Source of the DNA: Candidatus Heimdallarchaeota archaeon
Lineage (GTDB): Archaea; Asgardarchaeota; Heimdallarchaeia; Heimdallarchaeales; Heimdallarchaeaceae
Direction: 5' to 3'
NCBI GenBank assembly: GCA_016840095.1
Contig: JAEOSZ010000008.1
Coordinates: forward strand, 1-23,745
Length of the DNA: 23,745 nucleotides
Under the pieces are notes generated by a model, which was given only the letters and a program-made list of their open reading frames with translations, had not been told where the DNA came from and made no database searches. Position numbers and translations under genes: made by a program. Within the stretch, counting starts at the first letter, position 1. Each line of letters begins with the position of its first letter. This document shows, piece after piece, positions 8,435-16,620 of this stretch.

Positions 8435-9556
8435 TTGAAGACTTTAAAATATCTCATGGCTCTTGCAGATAGGTTTCTGAATACATACAAAGAAACTCCA
8501 TACATCAAAGCACTCTTAATGTTAATAGTGTTAGGTGGTCTCGTAGCTATTACTGTAGTCTTTATTGATAATTTTCTCATTAGAGCTCTTGCTACAGCTC
8601 TGATAATAGGAATTTTAGGAGGAGTAATTGGTGTTTTTGTCCTACTAAAAGGAATGGTTTTCCTTGGAGAAGCTATTGCCCATTCAGCTTTTGCTGGTGC
8701 AGCACTAGGAATATTGTTGGGAATTGATCCTTTAATCACAATTATCGCATTTGGTTTGGTAGCTTCTTTAGGGGTAGGTTACGTTAATGAGAAGAAAATA
8801 ATGAAAGATGAGGTAATTATTGGCATAGTGTTCACAAGTTTTATGGCTCTAGCAATTTTGTTTATTGGTCTCATGCCTTTTTATTCAACTGATGTTAGGT
8901 CTATACTATTCGGAAATATTTTTCTTGTTACAATTGAGAACATAGTCATTCTCTTTTTTGTTGCCCTTTCAGTTCTAACAATAATCTTCGGTCTAAAAAA
9001 GGAATTATACTTCATGACATTTAACCAAGAAATGGCTTCAATTAATGGAATTCCTGTAAGATTTCTGAACTATCTGTTTTTAGCTTTGATGGCAATCACT
9101 ATTGATATTTCTCTAAAAGCTGTAGGAGCTATTTTGGTCTTTGCTATGATAATTACTCCAGCAGCTGCAGCATATCAATGGACTTTCAAATTGAAAAAAA
9201 TGATGATTTTAAGTAGTATTTTTGGTGTTTTATCAGGATTCTTAGGTGTTGCAATGTCTTATCTTTGGGATTTGCCTTCTGGATCAACTATTGTTGGAAT
9301 AGCTACATTGATTTTCATTATCTCATTCGTAGCGTCTCCAAAACGAAGAAAATCAGGAACTGGACACGTAGTGGCAGACTGTGAATATTGTTCAAGGACT
9401 ATTTTAGGGAAGCAATATTGTTTAGAAGACAGTTGTGTTGCAAAAGATATTCCTCATAAACATGATGAAAAGGGATTGATCATCTATAAAACCGATGTAG
9501 GGAAAAAGAAAGTACCTACAAAACATAAACATGATATCGGAGGGGATGAACAATGA
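8435..9556 (+). CDS. znuB: Zn/Mn ABC transporter permease (ABC-3 family) with Cys/His-rich C-terminal extension
   Basis: GEAIAHSAFAG, LFGNI, VGAILVFAMIITPAAAA motifs. Start may instead be ATG 8456. Confidence 0.88.
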   Translation: MKTLKYLMALADRFLNTYKETPYIKALLMLIVLGGLVAITVVFIDNFLIRALATALIIGILGGVIGVFVLLKGMVFLGEAIAHSAFAGAALGILLGIDPLITIIAFGLVASLGVGYVNEKKIMKDEVIIGIVFTSFMALAILFIGLMPFYSTDVRSILFGNIFLVTIENIVILFFVALSVLTIIFGLKKELYFMTFNQEMASINGIPVRFLNYLFLALMAITIDISLKAVGAILVFAMIITPAAAAYQWTFKLKKMMILSSIFGVLSGFLGVAMSYLWDLPSGSTIVGIATLIFIISFVASPKRRKSGTGHVVADCEYCSRTILGKQYCLEDSCVAKDIPHKHDEKGLIIYKTDVGKKKVPTKHKHDIGGDEQ

Positions 9557-10293
9557 GTGTTACAACATCAGATGAAATTGTTATCTGTTTGAAAGATATC
9601 AATGTTGTTTATGGAAATTTAGTTGCTTTGTATGATGTTAATGTTGATATTCATAAAGGAGACTTTCTCGGTATCTGTGGTCCAAACGGTTCAGGGAAAA
9701 CAACTTTGTTGAAAACAATTATGGGATTACTTAAGCCATTGACAGGTCAAATTGCTTTATTTGGTAAAGAACTTGTAGATACAATTCCCAAAGAGACCAA
9801 ATTTAGATTTGGCTATGTTCCTCAAATTTCTGAAATAGATAGAAATTTCCCAGCTTTAGTAAGAGATGTAGTGGAGATGGGGAGATATGCAAAAGCTGGT
9901 TTAGTAAAATCACTGAAAAGTGAAGACAAACAAAAAGCAATTGACGCTCTAAAACTGGTAGAAATGGATCACATGTTAGAAAGACCTATAGGTCATCTTA
10001 GTGGAGGACAACAACAAAGAGTTTTGATCGCACAAGCACTCGCAGCTGAAGCTGAAATATTGTTATTAGATGAATTCACAAGTGCTTTAGATTTTAAAAT
10101 GACTGAGGAAGTTATGGAACTATTGGATTATCTAAATCACACTCATGGACTTACAATTGTAACTGTTGGCCATAATATTGAGTTACTTAGAGCTTATTGT
10201 AATAGAATAGTTTGCATTGATAAGATAATCGCATATGATGGAGTTCCAGACACCCCTGATCTAGATGTTGTTATAGGACAAATCTTCCACTAA
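9553..10293 (+). CDS. znuC: Zn/Mn ABC transporter ATP-binding protein
   Basis: GPNGSGKT, GYVPQ, LSGGQQQRV, LLLDE and H-loop; ATGA overlap with the permease gene. Confidence 0.92.
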   Translation: MSVTTSDEIVICLKDINVVYGNLVALYDVNVDIHKGDFLGICGPNGSGKTTLLKTIMGLLKPLTGQIALFGKELVDTIPKETKFRFGYVPQISEIDRNFPALVRDVVEMGRYAKAGLVKSLKSEDKQKAIDALKLVEMDHMLERPIGHLSGGQQQRVLIAQALAAEAEILLLDEFTSALDFKMTEEVMELLDYLNHTHGLTIVTVGHNIELLRAYCNRIVCIDKIIAYDGVPDTPDLDVVIGQIFH

Positions 10294-10314
10294 TATAAAA
10301 TATGAAAATATAGG

Positions 10315-10341
10315 AAAATAAAAGAAACCTCGTCGTAGGTT
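10315..10341 (-). terminator. Possible hairpin + U-tract terminator of alba, between convergent genes
   Basis: Minus strand reads AACCT-ACGACG-AGGTT followed by TCTTTTATTTT. Confidence 0.4.
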
Positions 10342-10357
10342 GTTTTGTGCTTTTATT

Positions 10358-10645
10358 TTATGTTTTACGTTTTAGTCGTATATCTATGGTAGAAACTGTT
10401 TTTGGTTGTCCATCACTATCTAATTCCTCTGAACCAATAGTGACATCGGCAATTTCGACTATTTCTGGTAAAAATCTTCTTTTAGTGATTTCTGCCACAT
10501 CAACAGCTTTGGAAATTGATCTACCTCTAGCTCGTATTGTACATTCTTCTTCTCCTTTATTGAAGATTGTAACTACAACTAGACAGTAATTCATAGTACC
10601 TTTTCTACCAATGTAGATTGCGTTCTTTTTCTCGTCTTTTGACAT
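10358..10645 (-). CDS. albA: DNA/RNA-binding protein Alba
   Basis: IYIGRKGTMNY, IRARGRSISKAVDVAEI, VTIGSE, VSTIDIRL. Confidence 0.95.
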   Translation of the reverse strand: MSKDEKKNAIYIGRKGTMNYCLVVVTIFNKGEEECTIRARGRSISKAVDVAEITKRRFLPEIVEIADVTIGSEELDSDGQPKTVSTIDIRLKRKT

Positions 10646-10736
10646 TTGTTATCCCCGCTGTAAATAAGAGGCTAGTACATAATACATATGTACTTTTTTA
10701 AATCTTTTTTCAAAAAAGAGTATTTAATGAGAAATA

Positions 10737-11753
10737 CTACTTAGAATCTGGTAGCCGCTCAAATTTGCGTTTTTTAAAAGTATCCTCATATTTTTCATGA
10801 AAGTATGATTCATCATATTCAGCTTTGTATTCTCTATCTTTAGGAACAATCAGGTTTATTGCATCATCAATCCTTTCAGTTTCAACCACAGGACTCTCAA
10901 AATTATATATTTCTCCTTCTGTTGAAAAGATTAAAGGTTCTCCATGTGACTCGATTACAACTTTCCTTCCTCTTGAGCACCAAAATCCTTCTATCCCAAT
11001 ATGCTTTCCTGGGATTGCTTTTGCTAGCATAGCTATTCTAGCCATCCCTTTCTTTCCATGTAGAATTCCTATCCCTAAATCATTGTTCTTTTTACTAAAA
11101 ACAGTGTTTCCAGGAAGTACTCTAAAACCAGCAATGTCATCGGCTAAGGAAACAAAGATATTAGTTAATTTTTCAATTAGGAGAGGTTCATTGTCATCAA
11201 TAGTGACGGTACAAGGAACATTTTTGAATTTAAGAACATATTTGACTGCAAGATAATTGTATTTGATAGCACCAATTTTCATCCATTTCATCTCATGATG
11301 TGCAGCGTAAGATGCTTTTCCTGTAAACCCTGCATCAGTCATATCAAAAGAATAAGATTCTTCATCTCCCTTACATTTTATTGCGGCGAATTTTTCACTA
11401 TGCCCTTCTGCTAGTACAGCTAAACTTTCTTCTATATCATAAGGAATTGAATTGGTTCTATGCCAATCACACATTGATCCAGCAGAAATTAATCCTAAAG
11501 TTACATCAGGATGGTTAACAACAACATTTCCCATGTTTGTAGCTGTTCCATCGCCTCCATAAGCAACCAATGTTTTGTAGCCTTCATCAATGGCTTTTTG
11601 TGCCAATTCAATCTCATGTCTTGGTCCTTCTGTTGTTGCATAGTCGAAATCCCCAAGATATTCTTTGGCAAGTGCAACTGATTTCTCTAAATTCTTTCCC
11701 AATCGACCTGTATTTGCGTTAGGGTTAACTACAACGAATGGATCTTTAATCAT
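10737..11753 (-). CDS. Diacylglycerol/sphingosine kinase family lipid kinase (YegS/DgkB-like)
   Basis: VVNPNA, GGDGT, AGSMCD (variant of GTxND), EGE near the C-terminus. Confidence 0.82.
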   Translation of the reverse strand: MIKDPFVVVNPNANTGRLGKNLEKSVALAKEYLGDFDYATTEGPRHEIELAQKAIDEGYKTLVAYGGDGTATNMGNVVVNHPDVTLGLISAGSMCDWHRTNSIPYDIEESLAVLAEGHSEKFAAIKCKGDEESYSFDMTDAGFTGKASYAAHHEMKWMKIGAIKYNYLAVKYVLKFKNVPCTVTIDDNEPLLIEKLTNIFVSLADDIAGFRVLPGNTVFSKKNNDLGIGILHGKKGMARIAMLAKAIPGKHIGIEGFWCSRGRKVVIESHGEPLIFSTEGEIYNFESPVVETERIDDAINLIVPKDREYKAEYDESYFHEKYEDTFKKRKFERLPDSK

Positions 11754-11875
11754 ACACTTCAGCTGATACAGACTTCTATATAAAATTAATGTAAAATAGC
11801 TTTATACTCACGTCAAACCATCGATTCACCACTTCTAATGGATACATTTTAAAAGGATGACTAACAAAAAGGTAA

Positions 11876-12205
11876 ATGAGAATTATGAAATGTACTCAAT
11901 GTGGAACTGAAAATGCAGAACATGCAAGTTTCTGCGGAAAATGTGGTAGAGAAATGGAAGTTGCTCCTACCCCACAAGCTGCTCCCGCACAACCTGTTCA
12001 ACATACTAGACCTGCAAAGTTAGTAAGGTGCGCAGATGATAAGTCAATTGGAGGAGTTTGTGCAGGTGTAGCACGCTATTTCGGATTAGATGTTGGCTTA
12101 GTTAGATTATTGGCCATACTTGGTTTAATTTTTGGAACTGCTACTTTCTGGATATATATTGTCTTATGGGCAGTTTTAGATGAAGTTGAATGTGGACCAT
12201 ATTAG
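11876..12205 (+). CDS. Zinc-ribbon + PspC-domain membrane protein
   Basis: CTQCG...FCGKCG, a Pro/Ala linker, then the PspC signature DKSIGGVCAGVARYFGLDVGLVR...YIVLWAVL. Confidence 0.85.
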   Translation: MRIMKCTQCGTENAEHASFCGKCGREMEVAPTPQAAPAQPVQHTRPAKLVRCADDKSIGGVCAGVARYFGLDVGLVRLLAILGLIFGTATFWIYIVLWAVLDEVECGPY

Positions 12206-12214
12206 AATCTAATT

Positions 12215-13003
12215 TTATTTTTCTTTTTTTTCTTCAAAAAAATCTTCTAATTGTGCACTCTTTGATCTCTTTATAGTTGGAAAGACTTGATCCCATGCAA
12301 TTTGTTTGGCTTCTAAGTAATTTTTATTAAGGTATTTCAAAACTTTGTCAGGAAAATTTGGCGCAACTAAAATTCCTTTTACAGATTTTTTCTCTTTTTC
12401 AGTGAAATATTCTATATATCTTTTGAGTTGATGAGCATCAGCAGGTGTTGCATTTCTCTTCTTCACTTCAATAATTGTTTCTCCATCTTTTCCTATACCT
12501 CTAATATCTACAGGTCCAACATCTGTATTATACTCTGTCCGTATTACTTGAAATCCATCTTCTATAAGCTCAGGATTCGCAACTAGATATTTCACTAAGT
12601 CACTTTCATCCCCATAGATAGTAATTGCAGTTTCATCTTGAGCATGCCATAATGCAACAAAGGCTATTTGGGAAAAAACAATAGATAGAATCTCTTTAGT
12701 CTTTGTCCTTTCAGTTATCATTTCTAAGAAGTATTCTTTGAGTGAAAAACTAATAGGACCCGCTTGTGGTTTTTGCCAATTTAGAGGTTTTACACCAATA
12801 GGTCCATGCATAATAATGGATAGGTCTCTTTTAATTACTAATAGTCTATCTCCTTCATCTAAGAATGATTTGATTCTTCCATCAAAGGTTGCAGTGCATT
12901 TTCCTGAAATAATAATCATCTTATCTCCAACTGCAGAATTTAGTCGTTTAGCAAGTTCAGATAATGGTTCTACAGATAATTGCTCGAAGTTTAAGGGGAA
13001 CAT
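12215..13003 (-). CDS. nucS: Endonuclease NucS/EndoMS
   Basis: C.ATFDGR, KPLNWQ, GDESDL, EYNTDVGPVDI, IEVKKR, QLKRY, GILVAP. Confidence 0.93.
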   Translation of the reverse strand: MFPLNFEQLSVEPLSELAKRLNSAVGDKMIIISGKCTATFDGRIKSFLDEGDRLLVIKRDLSIIMHGPIGVKPLNWQKPQAGPISFSLKEYFLEMITERTKTKEILSIVFSQIAFVALWHAQDETAITIYGDESDLVKYLVANPELIEDGFQVIRTEYNTDVGPVDIRGIGKDGETIIEVKKRNATPADAHQLKRYIEYFTEKEKKSVKGILVAPNFPDKVLKYLNKNYLEAKQIAWDQVFPTIKRSKSAQLEDFFEEKKEK

Positions 13004-13119
13004 GATGAATCCTACTGATGGTTATACTAGTTAAAACGGAATTTTTGTTTTATTTCAAGTTTTCCAAAAAACAAGGTAAGCTTTTTAATAATATTATTTA
13101 TTTGAAAAAATGAGAAAGA

Positions 13120-13935
13120 ATGGCGGACCCATTTATTGTTTATCAAACTATGTTATACATTCAGATGTCTGTTGTTATAGTATGTTTACTATTTGGATCA
13201 ATTATGGACTTGATAAAAAGAGAAGTTTCAAACATACCTTGGATAATAATGACGGTTACTGGAATAATTACTTCAATAGTTCTCATTGTTTTCGCAGCAG
13301 ACAAAGGCAAAGTTGGAACCATGTTTGGTGTTAATATTGGTGTTGGAATAGTTATGGGATTATTACTCTATTATACTGGAGTTATGGGGGGTGCTGATGC
13401 TAAAGCTGTTATGGCTCTCTCTTTCAATACACCCGTTTATTTCTTCAATTTTGCTTTCTTATTAGCTCCAATATATAATTGGGTACCACCAATTTTTAAC
13501 ACATTCTTTAACTGGTTATTGGCAATGGTAATCTTCTATCCACTACCTTTACTATTTTACAATATATATTATAAATTAAAAGGGAATGTTCTATTCGAAA
13601 AATCTGATGGAAATTTTGCTTCGAAAATACTAATGCTTATTTCTGGATATCTAATTCCAGTTGAGAAAGCAAAAGATAGGCATGATATTGTTTATTCAGA
13701 AGAATATGATGAAGACACAGAGAAATGGGAAATAAAGCATTTCATGCAAGTAGTTGAAGTTGAAGAAGAAGAAGAATTCAAGAAAGAAGTAGAAGAGGAT
13801 ATAGAAAAAACTGGAAGAAAGAAGATTTGGGTCAAAGTTCTCCCTCCAGGAATAGTATTCTTACTCATTGGGTATGTAGTTAATATCCTTCTTGGAAATA
13901 TTTTCTTTCTTATTTTCTACTATACTTTGGGATGA
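13120..13935 (+). CDS. Prepilin/prearchaellin peptidase (A24, FlaK/PibD-like)
   Basis: Catalytic aspartates in IMDLIKREV and MGGADAK; multiple TM segments; C-terminal IWV..LPPGIVFL. Confidence 0.85.
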   Translation: MADPFIVYQTMLYIQMSVVIVCLLFGSIMDLIKREVSNIPWIIMTVTGIITSIVLIVFAADKGKVGTMFGVNIGVGIVMGLLLYYTGVMGGADAKAVMALSFNTPVYFFNFAFLLAPIYNWVPPIFNTFFNWLLAMVIFYPLPLLFYNIYYKLKGNVLFEKSDGNFASKILMLISGYLIPVEKAKDRHDIVYSEEYDEDTEKWEIKHFMQVVEVEEEEEFKKEVEEDIEKTGRKKIWVKVLPPGIVFLLIGYVVNILLGNIFFLIFYYTLG

Positions 13936-13993
13936 ATCTTTTGATAATACAGAGAGTATAAATATGTAAAAACTCTCTTTCTTCTTGATACAA

Positions 13994-14674
13994 ATGGAAC
14001 CAAAAGAAATAGCAGAAAAGGTTCTCAGTTTGATTAAGAGTGGAAACCAAGCTGATATTTTATTACTTTTCACTGAAGTTTATGATAATGAAAGAGAGGT
14101 TCTTAAAGGACTTGTTACAGTTCAAAACGAACTCAGAAAACTTGGTGGAGATTGGCCTCCAGTAGGTAAACAAATAGAAACGATGGACGAAATAATTACA
14201 TTCTCAAAAATAGCTATTGAATATGCTCTAGAAATGGGTGATAATCTAACATCTGGTAAACTAAACCACAACGTTGCTTCTTGTTGTTTCCCTAATATGG
14301 ATGATGGAGTAGATTCAAAATACATAGAACCTGGTTATCAAGCAGCTTTAGCTGATTATGAGTTGAGACAAAAAATTGATGAAAAAGTTCCATTACTTTG
14401 GGCAAAATGGCTTCTAGGAGTAAGCGAGTTTATTAGAGGAGATGCAGAAGGATCAATAAAAACTTTGGAAGAAACAACATCTATGGCATTAGAAGACCCA
14501 GAAGACAAAGGATTAGCAGCTTGGGCAGATATGATGAAAATCAAGTTTCAGATAAAATCAAATTTTATCACTAAAGATGAAGCAGAAAAAGATATCAAGA
14601 AAGTTGAAAAAATTCTTACTAAACTTGATGACAAGTACGGTCTGGGGACTCTTGAACAAATAAAAGAATTATAA
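13994..14674 (+). CDS. Hypothetical helical-repeat (TPR-like) protein
   Basis: Long ORF of amphipathic helices with host-like codon usage; no family motif recognised. ATG 13994 preferred over TTG 13985. Confidence 0.6.
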   Translation: MEPKEIAEKVLSLIKSGNQADILLLFTEVYDNEREVLKGLVTVQNELRKLGGDWPPVGKQIETMDEIITFSKIAIEYALEMGDNLTSGKLNHNVASCCFPNMDDGVDSKYIEPGYQAALADYELRQKIDEKVPLLWAKWLLGVSEFIRGDAEGSIKTLEETTSMALEDPEDKGLAAWADMMKIKFQIKSNFITKDEAEKDIKKVEKILTKLDDKYGLGTLEQIKEL

Positions 14675-14686
14675 AAAAAGAGGAGA

Positions 14687-15478
14687 TTAAGAACTAGCTT
14701 CTACTTGTAATTCCAGTTCTCTATCTATTTTTTCCTTTACATCTCCTAAAATGTAGTTTAACACTTCGTTATAATCTACTTCGATTCTGAATGATCTTTT
14801 GAAGAAGGGTAGAAGCGAACTAAGATCTTTTCTTAAAATTCTATATGCTCTTGTTAAAGGTATAAGTGGAGATCCATATGTTACTGCATCTTTTAGAGCA
14901 AAGTTTTTTGCTTGCAGAAAGTCTATTGCAAAAACTTGATTGTCATAAAAGAGTAAATTATGTTCACTGAAATCTCCATGCACATATCTTGCTTTGAACA
15001 TATCATATAGAATGTCTATACACTGTTCAAGTATTTCAGAAGGATCTTCAAAGAAATCCTTACTCAATTCTCTTAACAGAGGAGCTGGTCCATTTTCATC
15101 TCCTATGAGTTCCATTGAATAACTAAATCCTGCATACTTGTAAGGTTTAGGAACAGGTAATTTTGCTTCATGTAGATCCAAATTCTTGTAATATTCTAAC
15201 TTTGCAAATTGGGCAATTACAGCATATGGGGAGGTTCTGTGAGTACCATGTATAACCCCTCGATGTGTAGTTCTATAGATTTTGTAACTCTTCACAGCAA
15301 CTTGTTGTTGAAATCTATCAGTTCCCCAGCAAACGAAAGCTTCTTTTCCTTGACCTATTACTTGCTGTACTTCTACCAAAAGTTCATTTTCGATAGCCTG
15401 TGCTAAGGCTTCTTGAGCAGATAACTCAGTAATTTCATTTTTAATATCTCGTTTTTCTAGATATTCTCTGTTTAACAC
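14687..15478 (-). CDS. RIO-family atypical Ser/Thr kinase (Rio1-like, no winged-helix domain seen)
   Basis: IGQGKEAFV, VAVK, VHGDFSEHNLL, IDFLQA. Confidence 0.88.
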   Translation of the reverse strand: MLNREYLEKRDIKNEITELSAQEALAQAIENELLVEVQQVIGQGKEAFVCWGTDRFQQQVAVKSYKIYRTTHRGVIHGTHRTSPYAVIAQFAKLEYYKNLDLHEAKLPVPKPYKYAGFSYSMELIGDENGPAPLLRELSKDFFEDPSEILEQCIDILYDMFKARYVHGDFSEHNLLFYDNQVFAIDFLQAKNFALKDAVTYGSPLIPLTRAYRILRKDLSSLLPFFKRSFRIEVDYNEVLNYILGDVKEKIDRELELQVEASS

Positions 15479-15565
15479 TTTTGATACACTTCCACAAAGA
15501 GGGGGTCAAGACAAAAAGACTACAAATACTAGCAAAAAGTGGTTAAATTGAGAAAGTTTCAAAGA

Positions 15566-15646
15566 TTAAAACAATATCTTAGGTGTCATAGTGACTATTT
15601 TTTTGCCAACAAATGCATTTTTTTGTAAACTTCTACTTACAGTCAT
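15566..15646 (-). CDS. Putative 26-aa leader peptide MTVSRSLQKNAFVGKKIVTMTPKILF
   Basis: Manual translation; preceded by GGAGGTG; lies within an inverted-repeat structure upstream of the RIO kinase. Confidence 0.3.
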   Translation of the reverse strand: MTVSRSLQKNAFVGKKIVTMTPKILF

Positions 15647-15661
15647 TTTATCATGACACCT
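15581..15661 (-). promoter_or_regulatory. Putative structured leader RNA (multibranch stem-loop)
   Basis: 9-bp inverted repeat AGGTGTCAT (15581-15589) / ATGACACCT (15653-15661), an inner TGACT/AGTCA helix and two small internal hairpins. Confidence 0.45.
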
Positions 15662-15721
15662 CCGAACTTCGTATATTAAGAACCATGTAAAGAATTAATA
15701 AGTTTAACGCATCAAGTGAAT

Positions 15722-15934
15722 TTACAAATCATCATCTTCAATGATTATCCTTTGCATATAAATTTCACAATCTTTACAAACTAGAAAATCAAAAGATTCT
15801 TTCTCTTTATAATAGATTGTAAAAAACATTGATTCATTACATTTACCACATTTTATATCAGATTCTTCTTCTGAAACGAAAAGAAGCTCATTCATATCTA
15901 CTTTGGGAGTAATATAACGACTCAATTTAATCAA
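15722..15934 (-). CDS. Small zinc-ribbon protein
   Basis: CGKC...CKDC; start codon uncertain. Confidence 0.6.
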   Translation of the reverse strand: MIKLSRYITPKVDMNELLFVSEEESDIKCGKCNESMFFTIYYKEKESFDFLVCKDCEIYMQRIIIEDDDL

Positions 15935-16053
15935 CTTGAACCAATTTTCTTTAATTATTATATATTATTTCAACTAACTATTTATTTATTTTCTATTTTG
16001 TTTCTCTTTCTATCAAACAATATAAATAGGGGTTCAGATTCTGGAGGTTCGAA

Positions 16054-16425
16054 ATGATAGGAGATAGATATAGTATTAAGTTTACTATACCTGGCAAAGG
16101 AGAAGTGCTAGGAGAGTTAGTTCGTATCAAAGGACCTCATCTGACTGAAATCATCAATAGAAATTTACCTATTAATTCTAGAGGTTTAGTAAGAGAAGGA
16201 ATGTTTGTAATTCCTACAAACGTACTATATGCAATTGAAAAACCTGCTAAAACTGGAAAGAAAGGAGATATTGTTTACGATTCAAAAGCTAAGGCAATAA
16301 TCATTCTGCTAGAAGAGAAGCGTTTTGATTCAAAGATGGCTAACATAGGTGAAATAACTAAAGGTCTAAAGATCTTCGAATCATTGAAAATGTCTTCTGG
16401 CGTAAGAATTGAAGCAGTTGAGTAA
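16054..16425 (+). CDS. Cyclophilin-like fold protein (DUF369/TM1367-like)
   Basis: GGAGG RBS; P.L.E.I...LPI, EKPA...KKGDIVY, NIGEI pattern. Confidence 0.6.
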   Translation: MIGDRYSIKFTIPGKGEVLGELVRIKGPHLTEIINRNLPINSRGLVREGMFVIPTNVLYAIEKPAKTGKKGDIVYDSKAKAIIILLEEKRFDSKMANIGEITKGLKIFESLKMSSGVRIEAVE

Positions 16426-16434
16426 ATCATTCTA

Positions 16435-16620
16435 CATAAATTTCTGAAGAGAAAAGAACATTTATGATGAGTTTTTATCATGTTGGCATCTTAGCAATAG
16501 CCAAACATTGTTGAGCATTTTTCATAGTCGATGTGGGCATCATTCCTTGTGGGTCCACACACACCCTACGTGGGTACATCACGTACCCTCCTACCCCATC
16601 AGCACGCCTAGGAGGAAGTG
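16435..16620 (-). ncRNA. Predicted TnpB omega/reRNA scaffold overlapping the tnpB 3' end
   Basis: Hairpins CCTCCTA/TAGGAGG, GGGTAC-GTGAT-GTACCC (16572-16588), ATGTT(T)GGC/GCCAACAT and CATAAAT/ATTTATG (16435-16466); position matches known TnpB loci. Confidence 0.5.

Noticed and set aside
13750-13800. GAA-rich repeat in the prepilin peptidase gene
   Set aside because: It simply encodes an acidic stretch (EVEEEEEF) and is in frame.
7173-15406. ORFs 7173-7361, 8238-8438, 8413-8739, 10347-10589, 10825-11256, 12738-13034, 13110-13334, 13861-14073, 14122-14325, 14356-14544, 15209-15406
   Set aside because: They overlap recognised genes on the opposite strand or in another frame and lack protein-like features.
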